Origin: Owenia fusiformis
Lineage: Eukaryota
Direction: 5' to 3'
NCBI GenBank assembly: GCA_903813345.2
Contig: CAIIXF020000001.1
Location: 8,432,001-8,496,000, forward strand
Length of the DNA: 64,000 nt
Of this stretch, positions 1 to 12,057 are shown in pieces (the first letter of the stretch is position 1; the number at the start of each line of letters is the position of its first letter). The notes beneath the pieces are model-generated. The model worked only from the letters and a program-made list of their open reading frames with translations, did not search any database and was not told the DNA's origin. The position numbers and the translations under genes are program-made.

Positions 1-1440
1 CTGCATGACACTTTCAATTTCTAAAATATTTACTCTGTATCCCCGGATTTTCACCTGAAAATCTCTTCGACCTTGGTAAAATATCCTCCCATCGACTATC
101 TTAGCAAAATCTCCCACTCTGAACAGAAATTCATGGCCTTCGCTTGGTAGGATTGTATTTTTGACAAACATGTTCATTCTGCTTATTTCAGTATAGCCAG
201 TTGTTAAGCAACCTCCACTGCAGAGCACTTCCCCAGTCTCACCCTTTGGTACTGGCTGTAAGTTCTCATCAACGATATACACATTCGAATTGTATGTTGG
301 GACTCCAATAGACATAATGTTGTCATTCATTTTTTTCTCAGCATCTTCCAACGATGAAAAAATATCGATGGTAGTATCACCCGCTGTCTCCGTGGAGCCA
401 TAACCGTTAATGAGGGTGTGCCCATCAGAGAAATAACTGAAGAAATCTCGAACGAGAACAGTTGATACAACCTCACCTCCGAGGATGATAAATTTGAGAT
501 GGGACAGGCGATTTTTGATTGGATGCATATTGAGACAGACCAACATATTTCGCAAAAGGACCGGAACACAGGCTAGTCTAGTGATGTTATATTGCTCAAT
601 TGCTTTGATCAACATCTCGGGATCTTGTTTCATTGCCCTTGGCAAAATAATCAAGGGTCGTCCCTTCAGTAACCATGTGTACATTTCCCTAATTGAATCC
701 ACAAACAACAAGTCTAACAAGGCACATCCAGTCTCATCTTGTTTGAATGGGGTTTTATCCCAGTAGTAATTGATTATGTTCAGCTGACTGGCATGGGTCA
801 GCTTCACTCCTTTAGGGGTGCCGGTGCTTCCCGAGGTGAACAGTGTGCAAATCAGTGGATTTTCCCCCGTAAGACCACTCTTCATCAGGGCAAAATCAGC
901 ATCAGTCAAGTTGGTATCTTCAACAGTTGTACAAGAGTCAGCTTCAATTTCATCAAGTATCGAGTCTATGTTTAACACAGGGACTGCTTGGATGGTCGGA
1001 TTGTTAGCATTAGATCCACATGCAAATATGCAAATCGGTTTGCATTCATCCATTATGTACTGCAAACGTTTTGGAGGAAAGACAGAACTCATAGGGGCAT
1101 ATGCACTTCCAAGTTTCAGTATGCTCATCAAAGCGATCACTCGTCTTGCACTGGGTTCCATAAACACGGATATTGTTTTGTCGGGGGAATTCAATGCATC
1201 TATACCGTTATCCACCATTCGTTTCAGTACAATTCGAGCAACCATATTTGCCCTTTTGTTGAGCCGTCCAAAGGTCAGAGTTTCCTCCCCAAATTGGACA
1301 GCCATTTGATTTTCAATTGGTTCCATTCCATTTGATGTATCAATTGTGCCTTTAACAGTGTTTTCAAATACTTTATGAATGAAGTCACCGCCGTTATCAT
1401 TCTCCTCTCCCCTAAGAATACTAAGTGGTCGTTCAGACAT
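1..1440 (-). CDS. ebony: Ebony-like NRPS paralog 1, N-terminal 480 codons (adenylation domain); continues beyond the left edge
   Basis: ATG at 1440 directly follows a splice acceptor (tttgcag|ATG). Colinear with 17017-18456 at constant offset 17016. Motifs LFTSGSTGTPKGV, FVDSIREMY, NGYGSTETAGD, FRVGDF, GRRDFQVKIRGYRV. No stop-terminated ORF is reported in this frame, consistent with the frame being open to the edge. Confidence 0.88.
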   Translation of the reverse strand, partial: MSERPLSILRGEENDNGGDFIHKVFENTVKGTIDTSNGMEPIENQMAVQFGEETLTFGRLNKRANMVARIVLKRMVDNGIDALNSPDKTISVFMEPSARRVIALMSILKLGSAYAPMSSVFPPKRLQYIMDECKPICIFACGSNANNPTIQAVPVLNIDSILDEIEADSCTTVEDTNLTDADFALMKSGLTGENPLICTLFTSGSTGTPKGVKLTHASQLNIINYYWDKTPFKQDETGCALLDLLFVDSIREMYTWLLKGRPLIILPRAMKQDPEMLIKAIEQYNITRLACVPVLLRNMLVCLNMHPIKNRLSHLKFIILGGEVVSTVLVRDFFSYFSDGHTLINGYGSTETAGDTTIDIFSSLEDAEKKMNDNIMSIGVPTYNSNVYIVDENLQPVPKGETGEVLCSGGCLTTGYTEISRMNMFVKNTILPSEGHEFLFRVGDFAKIVDGRIFYQGRRDFQVKIRGYRVNILEIESVMQ

Positions 1441-1519
1441 CTGCAAACATAAGAATGGCATATGCACTGTTTGAACTTAAAGTATAAAGTGGGCATAAAC
1501 ACAGTGGTTTTTATTAAAA

Positions 1520-1882
1520 CAATATGTTTTCTTTCAAGTGAAGTACCCATGATGATAAAAATATCAATTGAACAATTCGAAAAATTTTGAATAGGGACCC
1601 CATGACAACATTTTTTCAAAATATTGAACCTATTTAATCAAAAGAGAATCTTCCTTTTCTGATTTTTATTGCATGAAAAGATTATTCAACAAGGGGTCTA
1701 AAACATCCTCAAAAATATAAAGGTAATTGAGAGTCTAGTTTTGAAGTTATCAATTTTCGATGACCAAAATTATGCTGAAAACAATGGATAGCACGAGTTT
1801 TCCCTATGGGAAAAAATAACATGGGATATGTGGTTTTAACTTTAATGCATTTCAATACCCATCCCCTTTTCAAAAATTGTTA

Positions 1883-1923
<41 letters not shown>

Positions 1924-3230
1924 TCAAGTAATAATTTAATACAATTCAAGTACAAGCTTCATTAAATACAAGTAGTTCTTTCATATAGATATATGTACTA
2001 TGTATATAAATCATTTTTAAATAGTAATAATAACAATTATTACATGATCTTACTGACTCCATTCACACCCATTCATTACATTCGTGCATGCATTCATTCA
2101 CCCACTATTCATACATTGACTATGACACAAATTTGTAAAATAAGAATTTATTTGTGTATTCATAAAAGTCTATATAAAGCATGTATGTCTACACCCTTTT
2201 GATCAAGCAGCTTAACACTGTTCAAATATATTCTCAGATAATTGGAAAATTTGAAAAAGTAAGGTAATTCTTTTTCTAAAAAAGATTTGTGTATGACATA
2301 TTTCATAATTAATATGCACAGATTTAGTTCTGCACCTTTTTCTATATTCCCGATAATACCTAATAAAATATCATTTTCAGTTAGATTTAATTCTTTATTT
2401 AGTTTTAGTTTCCACCATTCAATAAATTGCTTCCATATATCTTTTGTTATTCTACACTTTACCAGCATGTGCTCCATGGTATGAGTATCATCACACCATG
2501 GACATTTGTCTGTCTGTGAAATGTTCATCATTTTTAATTTACGGTTGCACACTAGTGTATTCGTAAGTATTTTGTACTGAAAGCTCCATATTTTAGTTTC
2601 ATATGTAACCTTTTTTGCAAGTGTATAATAGTATTTCATGTCATTTTCATTTACATTGTTATTTTGTATCCACTTTGTTAGTGATGTGGGTTTCTCGATT
2701 TCTTTTTCAAGGATTTTGTTGTAAATAGCTTTACACGACAATTGACTAGGGTTAGGAACATTTTTCTTTGAGGGGTTGTTTTTCAATATGCAATTTTTAA
2801 GAGTTTTCCATTTTTTGGGAATAGCACTGAGTATGCTGGCATACTTTAAAAAGTCTATAGGAATGTTGAATTTTCGTTCAAGTTCTGTCAGGGATAAATA
2901 GTTATTATCTCTGTCTAGGATGTCATAAATTGTTGCAATACCTGCTTGATGCCATGTTTTATAGTACACCATTTTATTATTGACTAGAATGTTTTTATTA
3001 TTCCATATAACTTCATCTTTAACATCATTCCAATTATTGACATCAAATTGTTAATATAGTGTAGAGGAGATTTTTGATATGTTTAAATTGAGAAAAACAA
3101 GATCCTCTCTTAAGAAATGAGCCTAACATTTTTTTAAAGTGCCAAGGTGGGGTCCTAATCAATAATTTTTCAAAGAGTTAATTTGATATTTTACTATCAT
3201 GGGGACTTAACTTGAAAGAAAACATTGTAT
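1520..3230. mobile_element. Degenerate fold-back/MITE (inverted arms ~1520-1670 and ~3085-3230) split by a LINE insertion
   Basis: tgttttctttcaagtgaagtacccatgat...aatatcaa is imperfectly reverse-complementary to ttgatattttactatcatggggacttaacttgaaagaaaaca. Exact termini are not resolved. Confidence 0.55.
1887..3044 (-). mobile_element. 5'-truncated L1/Tx1-like LINE (ORF2 C-terminal zf-RVT region) in the 5' intron of NRPS paralog 1
   Basis: ORF 2160-2972 contains FQYKIL...CPWC..HTMEHMLVKC. Poly(A) tail is the T-run at ~1886-1921. 13-bp TSD aaattgttaatat at 1874-1886 and 3045-3057. Confidence 0.9.
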
Positions 3231-4184
3231 TGATGGCCAGAAATTACTCATGGTGAAAGATATGACCATCTAAAATGACATGGACCTTTCTATTTTATTA
3301 TTCCTTTAGTCTGTGAAAATGACATGGCGGTCACATCATTTTTCTTTGCGAAATTAAAACCTAACTTGAAAACGCAACTCTGCGGAGAAGCAAATCCCAC
3401 CTAAGAAAGCATATCTATTAAATGGCTTGTAATGTTGTACATTATATGGTAGAAATAACCTAGGAAATCATAGAATCGTTTTTCTGTTGGAAAAGTTTAC
3501 GGCCCATGTGACTAAATTGAGTGACTATCAAGATCAAATCTCTTTGTAAGTAGATGGCTTATTACCATAAGGAATTGGTATATAAAATTTGGAACAAATC
3601 TGGTAACTGGTTACTGGCTCTGAGTTATCACAAAAAAATCATAATTTTCCTGAGAAATGGTAGCCATTTTGAATTCAGTATTTCTTCATGACCATGGTCC
3701 TATGCCAATAACCATATTCTGCGTAACACAAGCCTCTACGTCAACGCGGGCACACGAACGAATGAATGAACGGACGGGCGGCTTGTCTATATCCCTACGA
3801 ACTCCGTTCGGTGGGATAAAGATAAGCAATCAAATGACCACGATACACTATAATTTGGAAAATACATTCAAATTTTACATACAAAACTATGCTATTGTAT
3901 ATTTCAGATAAACTAGTTGTAAACATGTGGCTTTAACTTCTAAGGCGGGTTTCAGCAATGAGAATTTTCACGAGTAAAATATCTCAGTAAAAGCACCAAA
4001 ATACAAGTGGTCATGCATTCTATTAGCCAAAACACAAGCAAGACAATATAAACAAACGATCCAAAATATGAAAATGTTCCATATAATATGCCACCGCGGT
4101 CCTTTGTTTATTAATTGAGGTTTGATTGACGTACAGCAAGAACATTGAAAGGAATATTCGGATTGTAGTATAAAAGTGACTCAC

Positions 4185-4340
4185 CCTTTCAAAGTTTATT
4201 CTCATGAATCCAAACTTTTCAAAATCAGCTTTAAATGAAATAATCGCAAGACAATGTACAAAGTTCAAGGTAGTGCTTGACAATATCATATGTACATATA
4301 CAAGTATTACGTAATGTATATGATAAAGGTGTACACTGCA
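4185..4340 (-). other. Putative non-coding 5' exon of NRPS paralog 1
   Basis: The start codon follows an acceptor, so an upstream exon is needed. A GTGAGT donor at 4179-4184 lies in a block (~3985-4342) homologous to ~20045-20382 upstream of paralog 2, where the donor is retained (20196-20201). The upstream boundary is a guess. Confidence 0.45.
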
Positions 4341-5334
4341 GGCCCGTAGCCGGGAGGTGGAGAAGCTGGTCCAGAAATTTGAAATAAAAATCTGCTCCAT
4401 CAAGCTGGACTGAAATATTAAGCATTTACGTATTTTATAATACCATTAATACTTGAGTTATAGTGAAAACATATATAAATAATATGTCACCATTTTAAAG
4501 TTAAAAAAAAGAGACGTAGCCTTGCCCAAATCGGTATTTATATTTATCATACATTTTTTCAAGTAAATTAATGATTGAGGACTGGACAAAGTTTTTAGTT
4601 GTTGCCTAACGGGAGTTAATATTTTCTGCCCTGTTTCACTACTTACTAGAAATTCTTAAGCCCATAAAACTGGAAAAGACTTGCATAAACATATGACAGA
4701 ATTAATCTCCTCATGGTAATTGTCAAAGTAAAAGGTTACTTACTTGGATTCAGCTTAATAAAGATGTAAAGACGGGGAAAGCAGTGGTGAAGCTCTCAGC
4801 AGTTCGTACGGAGGTTAGCATGTTAGATAACGCTATTATAATTACCCTTCTTCCTGGCTTCTGATTGGTTGACCTACTTCCGAAAGTTCTGGCGGTCAGT
4901 TTGAAAGTTTTAAAACTAGCGCAGAAGACTACTCATTGACCTTATCAAAATTTTCTCTATATTAACCCATTATAGATTACAATGGTTATTCTTTTAATTA
5001 TTCTTAAGGTTATTTTATTTCCATATTTGAATCATTTAACATACGATGATACATGAATACATGAATATGGAGAAACAGGCCTACGTTTGCACATTATTGG
5101 CTTGAGAAAATACATTTTATACAGTGGATATTTACATGTGCAATAATTTACATAGATGCAGTGTTCAGATAGGATGAAGATGAGTGATGACGTTATGACA
5201 TTTGGCAAAGTACCGTAGCTATGACACCGGTTTCACAATATTTTGTTAATAAAATCTGATGATAGATTTATAAGTATGGAGTTAAGCTTTTAATTATCTG
5301 ATCTTGGTCTTAATAGAAATCAAGATAAATAAAA

Positions 5335-6004
5335 CACGGTGTATAACCCAAACGCTCCTACATGCACGACGGAGCGTTACATTTACGCGGAAACGCTCCG
5401 AAGCGAAATAAAATGGCGGCTAATGAAGATTCCACTATGACCGTAAGTGTTGTTTCTCTCGTTTCTCTTACATATCACATGTTATGGTGAAATATTATGT
5501 ATCATTCGATGAACAATACCGTGAGCAAAGATCTTATTTATTCAACTTCTGGTGGTAAACTGTTATTTGCTTGATCAAAGCTCCGTAGTGTAGATCGAAC
5601 GAATCTGAAGATGACGTTTCGACCACAAATTACGAATGGAATTTGACTAAAATATACGTTGGTGCTCTAATCTTGGCTCAACTAATCACATGTATCGACA
5701 AAAGGGGTTTTGACCGGTAGAATGACAAATACGTTTTTGAATTTTGATAACTATACTGCTTCGTATAGCTCTTCCTAATTGCTTCAAACGTCAACAGCCA
5801 GCCACGTACAACATGAATATCACACCCATCGAATGGTATACTCGAAATATGTAACTCATACCTCTTATTCCCATTATTGGGGAAATCGTCAGACGGCTCA
5901 TCATTCCCGCCAGCCAGTTTTCCTACTCCGGAGCATTTCTTTGTTTAATTTCAGTAATGAAACGCTCCGTCGTGCATGTAGGAGCGTTTGGGTTATACAC
6001 CGTG
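5335..6004. mobile_element. MITE with CAC...GTG termini and 5-bp TSD (Transib/CMC-like)
   Basis: Perfect ~44-bp TIR cacggtgtataacccaaacgctcctacatgcacgacggagcgtt. TAAAA flanks both ends (5330-5334, 6005-6009). Confidence 0.88.
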
Positions 6005-6907
6005 TAAAAGAGACCGACTTGGGCAAAGCGAAAAGAAATGTTACATTTTGAATTATAAATCTGGCGCCGTTTTCAATAACTTTTACTCCTAGCGTTATTG
6101 GACTTCAAACAGAAAAGAAGGTTAGTCGCAAATGATATACTAAAATGTACTCATTGCATGGAGTCAGTTAATTTCCTTTGGAATAACGAAACATATGAGT
6201 TAAAAATAATTTGTGAAGTTTTCTTAGTGTTTTTTATGAAAAATAGCATGTCCCGAGGGAACTTCCGTGGGAGGGTGTATATCAAATTCTAAATGCGCAA
6301 ACTACTAAATGATTATCTCAATCATCAGGTGATGTTATGATTATAAATGTACCCGATAATAATTTAAGTCTAGTCACATTTCATGTGGTTGACGATCATT
6401 TTGCTACTAACATTTTCTGTTTCAGAAGCACCTAGGATTTAAGCGCATGAGACTTTGAATGGGGATCAGGATCCCGTGAATGAGGGCGGGAGCCCAAGTT
6501 AGGCTTACTGACGTTATTTGTTTGCTGATTTTTGCCTTATTGAATTGATCATCATACCTGACAATAACCCAACTCATAGCCGAAATCATGATGATTCTTA
6601 TTCACAATTGTTAGTGTGAGAGACTGAGATAGATGGCACAAACACAATAGTTTAACAGCTTTGAGCTGATATGTGCGATCCTCCTCCAATGAAGAAATAG
6701 GGCAGACTCAAAAAGTCCTCTACGCTCCTCTATGTTCATTGTGAGGAATATGTATCCCATGGACCTTTTATGTTGACTGTGTCTGGCGATAACTAATTTT
6801 TTATACTGCTCAATATATATTTATATAAAACTAATCGGTGATATTCATAGATTCATAGATTTAATTGTTTCTAAGACATTCCGTTTCTTTTCCAATATAG
6901 AGCACTT

Positions 6908-9900
6908 CACTCAAGCCACGAATCTCTTTCACATTTGATCAATATAAAAGTTGAAAAAATGAAATTTTAGATTGAGATATAAATGCATATACCATTAGCC
7001 ATGGGGTTTAAGAAGCGTTTCTCAAAATATTTTTATTACCCTTCAAACAATTACTTGATTGTGCATCAAAACGTAAATAAACTCTTAAATTGCTGGTGTC
7101 GATGATGGTGCACACATAGGCTTACATTGATTCATGTTTCAAAATAAATTTTGAGTTTAAAGATGAAATAATGTATTAAGTTTGAATTATTTAATCACAT
7201 GAACAAAAATGAATTGCAATAGTTGTTGTTTATCTTAACAAGAGAATTTTATTAAGATAATTATTGAAATACATTGTTTTGAGTTTCCCTAAAGGTAATT
7301 AATTTCAAGATTTCGTTTTCTAAGCTAAATAATATGCCAAGTCAATTCGTCGATCGACAAAATGAATGTACAAATTAGACACACATGTCTTCTTACATCA
7401 AAATACAACATTGTTACGAATAGGTCAATCACTCCTCCTTGTGATATTGAACAAATATTTCACTCTATTGAGGTGAATACCTGTACATCTTTCACAAGTG
7501 ATATTCCACGAAGCCCGAAAGTGCTACAGGTATTCACCGAAAATAGAGTGAAATATTTGTTTTATTATATATGCATGTACACTCTAACATCAACTTTTCG
7601 TCTTCAGATATTTTTACGAATCTACTCGGTTCGTCTGCCATTTTGACTTACACTTTACTAAATTATTTACACTGAACGAAAACAAATTCTTTGAAAATTC
7701 CCGGGAGTGTGGGATATCGCTAGATATCTCACGGTTGTCTTATCTGATTAGCATTGCCATTGAATATCGCCAGATATCCCACGACATGTGTCCCGGTTTT
7801 GACCAATCATAATGTCGCTAGCTAGATAGTGATATAATAATAAGTGTTATTTAACAGTGTCGCTGATGGTCGCTTAGGTTTTTAAACAATAACGCCATAA
7901 TTTACACATTTAAGGTCGTATTTTATTGCAATTAAAGCATGTAAATATTTCTCCAATGAGTATCCCCTTTACACGAGAACATTTCCCGGAATCATGAAAC
8001 CAGTCGTGGCATTTAGAGCACTTGGACTGATCCATTCGAAATGCGATTGTAAATACGAATAATAGTTGACACTGCATGCCTTGCAAATATTTACAGTGTC
8101 TGTTCTTTTTATCGGGCCTCTCCCTTTCTTCTTCTCTCTGAAGACTTTGAACTTGTAGATGGGGTTCTAAAGGCCGACGCTTCAATGTGGTTGAAAGAGT
8201 GGAAACGTCGTAGGGTGTCGATGCTTTACTTGACGTACTGGGTGTCGGGTGTGCTCGTCGTGTGGTCAGTTTTGGTTTTAAAGATGGTAGCTCGGTGACC
8301 AGCTTAGCTGCCTGCTGGGTCTTCCTCACGGTAATAAGGTTGTTCCTTTGCCAACCACAGGGTGAGAATGACATATCTGTTCTGCATGCGTCAAAATAGC
8401 ACGATAATTCTCGCGTTTCAACAATATTATCGGAAACCCCTCTCACAGCATTGATTCGAAAGGTACCTGGTAAGCTTACTGGTTTAAGTCCAGTCGCCTT
8501 ATCTTCAATGTTTTAATAATGCGTTCTGGGATTTCTTGGATTTTCATTTGTGTCCTGGCAGTTTCACTTTTAGACTCTGAGCGTTCCCTTCAGTCTGGCG
8601 TGTTTTGATTGTTTCTATATAGGCCTACACTTGGCGTATGCGTGCCCTGTATTCCCGGGATGCTTTGTTGTTCTTTTCTCTGATCTGTTGAAGAGCTTCA
8701 GCAGACAGGTTATTTCTCGGTGTATACGTTCTTGCTCTAAGTAGCCTTTGATATCTTTCTTTTTCTTTCTCTCCCTGTACTGTAAGCCTAGTCTGTAGGG
8801 AACGACGGCACTTCTTGGCGTTGGTGAGTGCCATATTCTTATATCATCAGAAAGGTCTGATAAGTAAGACAGATATACTAATGAGAGTGTGGGAAGTTAT
8901 GCACATTAATAAAATGTCACAAAACTGATTATCCCAATGAAATATCTATTGTTTTACAATAGTGGCAAGAAATACATTTCGTCTAGTGGTACACTGAACG
9001 AAACGTTTATGAATTAAGAAATATCGGGGAATGTGCATCTATATTTGTCAGTGATTTTATAAGACTATGAACTGCTCAATCATCCCAATTCTTGTGTCAC
9101 ATTACCTTAGCATTTTAAGACAAACAGAATATGCATCATAAGTAAATAACATGATCTGCTTAATAGATTCAATTTTACTTATCACTATACGTTGTAGTCA
9201 CAGTGAACAATATACTGTAGGCTAAATCCTTAGCTCGGTATCACTGTAAAATACTACACATACAACAAAATAGTCATTCAATGAATGTAAGTTCATTCAA
9301 CAAATATATAGCGTTCGATTATACATGTGATCTACTTAATATGTGGATAGTATTTTGGAGTCGTATGTGGTGGAGTCGTTGATGGTCGTAAATATCTCAA
9401 TCTTTACGTGGTCAAAGAATAACATCAACAAAGCGTATTTTTATATAATCAATATATATTGAGACAAACCGTCAACACCATTACTTAACATTGAAACCTG
9501 ATTTTGATTGAAATCAGAGTGCAAAGACAACGTACTTGTAGAGTCGATGATGATTTTGAAAAATAGTACTTTACGTCGAAAAATACGTAACAAGCTAAAT
9601 ATGTTATATTCAAATGTATTGTAAAAATGTTTTACATCCGTTAATAAGGCAATTTATAATTTAAAGAAGTAAACGAGGAATTATCATGAATAGTGCAGAG
9701 GCTTCTCGACACTGTTGATTTCAAGCATGGTGTCGATGATGGTGCCTTCGAGGGCTACACATACTTAATGTCGATTTTCCAATAGTAAATTAGCAAATAA
9801 ATTAATTCCAGCTAACGCACAATAGACACGATGCAGTCTTTGTGATGAAATAGTCAATTATTATAACAAAATACGTTTCAGAATATAAAAAGTTACTGTC

Positions 9901-10140
9901 AATCAACATAAGGGTGATCGGTTACAAGGCAAAAAATGATAGTTTGGAATGTTCGACGATTGATAATGCGTTCAGCTTTTATAACCCTGATATAAAAACT
10001 AAATGATATTTTGCAGGATTAAGAGACGTTTAATTTGATACCAAATACTCATGGTAGAGCGTATATTAAATAGCGGAATAAAAACATATAGTCATGTTAC
10101 ATAAAATTCGTTATAATGAAAGGAATACGTGGCTTGAGTG
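6908..10140 (-). mobile_element. Internally deleted Chapaev-like (CMC superfamily) DNA transposon
   Basis: TIRs cactcaagccacg(a/t)at..ctttca and 4-bp TSD ACTT (6904-6907, 10141-10144). Remnant ORFs: basic N-terminus at 8625-8834, and C-terminus at ~7910-8505 (LPGTFRINAVRG...RELSCYFDAC, ending in a PHD-like CSKCHDWFH...CFNC). Confidence 0.75.
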
Positions 10141-10379
10141 ACTTACCAATATTCACCTGGAAGAGTGATTCTTTAAGACCGTCGTGGAATCCAATGTATC
10201 TGTTGCAGTATATCTATCTGCTCACTTGGTAAGCTGTATGAGAAATGAATACAACCATGTCCACACATGACTTTATTGTATATTTTCTTTTTACTTTTTC
10301 TTTTGTATTTACTTGTTAAAAGACATTTTATCTGATGAGTTACTCCAATAAGTAACCTAATTATGATTCTACTCGAAAG

Positions 10380-11240
10380 AGTCCAAGAGTCACTCGGATG
10401 ATTTACTAAAATAAGACGAAGAGTGACTCATATGAGACACGGTTAATAAATGAGTAATGAGTCAATCAAATGAGTTATTGTAAATCACTCGCAGGAGTCA
10501 CTTAAATGAGTCAAGGAGTTACTGAGTTGATGAGTTACTCGAATGAGTAAATGAGTCATTCGAATGAGCCCAGGAATTGCTTATATGAGTTGATGATTCA
10601 CTCGAATGAGTAAATGAGACACTCTAATGAGTCGATGAGTCACTCGAACGAGTAAATGAGTCACTCTTATGAGTTGATGAGTCACTCGAATGAGTTGATG
10701 AGCCATTCTAACGAGTTAATGAGTCACTCAAGTGAGTAATGTGTAGTCACTCGAGTGAGTAAATGAGGAATGTGTCACTCTTATGAATTGATGAGTCACT
10801 CGAATGAGTCGATGAGCTACTTATATGAGTAATGAGTCACTCTTATGAGTTGATGAGTCACTCGAATGAGTAAATGAGTCACTCGAATGAGTAAATGAGT
10901 AACAACTCGAATGAGTAAATGAGCTTCACGAATGATTCGATGAATTTAAATGAGTACTGAGTCACTCTGATGAGTTCATGAGTTACTCGAATGATTGAAT
11001 GAGTCACTCTGATGAGTTGATAAGTTACTAGAATGAGTAATAAGGCACTTGAATGAGTAAAAGAATCACTCGAATGAGTCAATGAATTACTCAAATGAGT
11101 AATGAGTCACTCGGATATGCAAATATGAGTTACTCTTATGAGTTGATAAGTCACTCGAATGAGTCAATGAGCAATGAAAATCTAGCTTGAGTCAATACGT
11201 AACTCGGATGAGTCAATGAGTCACTCGAACGAGTCAATGA
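10380..11240. repeat. Degenerate ~21-bp minisatellite (gagtcactcgaatgagtaaat)
   Basis: Tandem units are directly visible and contain more than 15 TGAGTCA motifs. Confidence 0.92.
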
Positions 11241-11289
11241 TCGACAGACCGCCATTATATTTACCCAAAATGCCCAACTTTTTAAAACA

Positions 11290-12057
11290 TACGTTGGTGT
11301 TGCTGTATGCACTTGTCCTATCATCAGCAATGTGCCTGGTTTCATTGTTATTTCGGGTCTTTCAACATTGTATACCGCTCTACCAGGTGACCCCACCAGA
11401 GTGGTGTGAGACAAGTGTGTGCTATTCAAGCTAAATACTTCTTATTAGTGTCTTATTTTGTTTTCCAGTTATCTGCTCGTTTGATCCAGATCCATTTTGA
11501 TGCTTCCTCTGCTGATCTTGTGATACTTCCAATTTCTCTCTTTCTTGAATTGCCATTTATCCCTAAAATCCATAATGTTCTCCAGAGTGATTGTCCTGCG
11601 AAACCTCGACAGCCAACTTCTACTGGTTCACACCTGGCGGTGTATCCCTTATTTCTACACTGCTCCACTAGTTCTGCGTATTTTTCCCTCTTCCTTTCTT
11701 GAGCTTCTTGAATATTTTTCTCCCAAGGCACTGTCAGTTCAATTAATACTATGTGTTTTGATACTTGTGACATTAATACAATATCTGGTCTGAGAGAACT
11801 CTTCTGGGAATTTCAGCTGTTTTTCTAAGTCTACCATCAGGTTCCAGTCATTTGCTGTGTGTAATATTCCAGTTGGCTTCTTTACTTCCTTTGTTGTGTC
11901 CTCTCCAGCTTTAACGAAGTTAATATAACGAGTTCCCTGTTTCTTGTGTTTTTTCCTCATTTCTGTGTCGATGACTTGTGCTATTTCTTTCAGTACTTGG
12001 TCGTGTCTCCATCTGAATCTTCCATCTGATAATCCTTTGCTACAAGCTGTCATAATG
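11290..12057 (-). mobile_element. RLE-type non-LTR retrotransposon (HERO/NeSL/R4-like), 3' segment with restriction-like endonuclease and 3' UTR, frameshifted
   Basis: ORFs 11739-12071 (IMTAC..GRFRWRHDQVL) and 11453-11773 (LIELTVPWE..ERKREKY..VEVGCRGF). Confidence 0.85.

Noticed and set aside
327-1335. ORFs 327-569, 485-766, 739-975, 818-1309, 988-1335 and their counterparts at 17274-18325
   Set aside because: They are antisense or off-frame shadows of the NRPS coding sequence.
1500-1506. CACAGTG (RSS heptamer) near the left arm of the fold-back element
   Set aside because: No matching right terminus, TSD or convincing nonamer was found, so it is probably chance or too decayed to call.
10380-11240. 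Possible CRISPR array or hammerhead ribozyme array (CTGATGAG...CTCGAA)
   Set aside because: There are no unique spacers or cas genes, and the hammerhead GAAA core and stems are not properly formed. It is a degenerate minisatellite.
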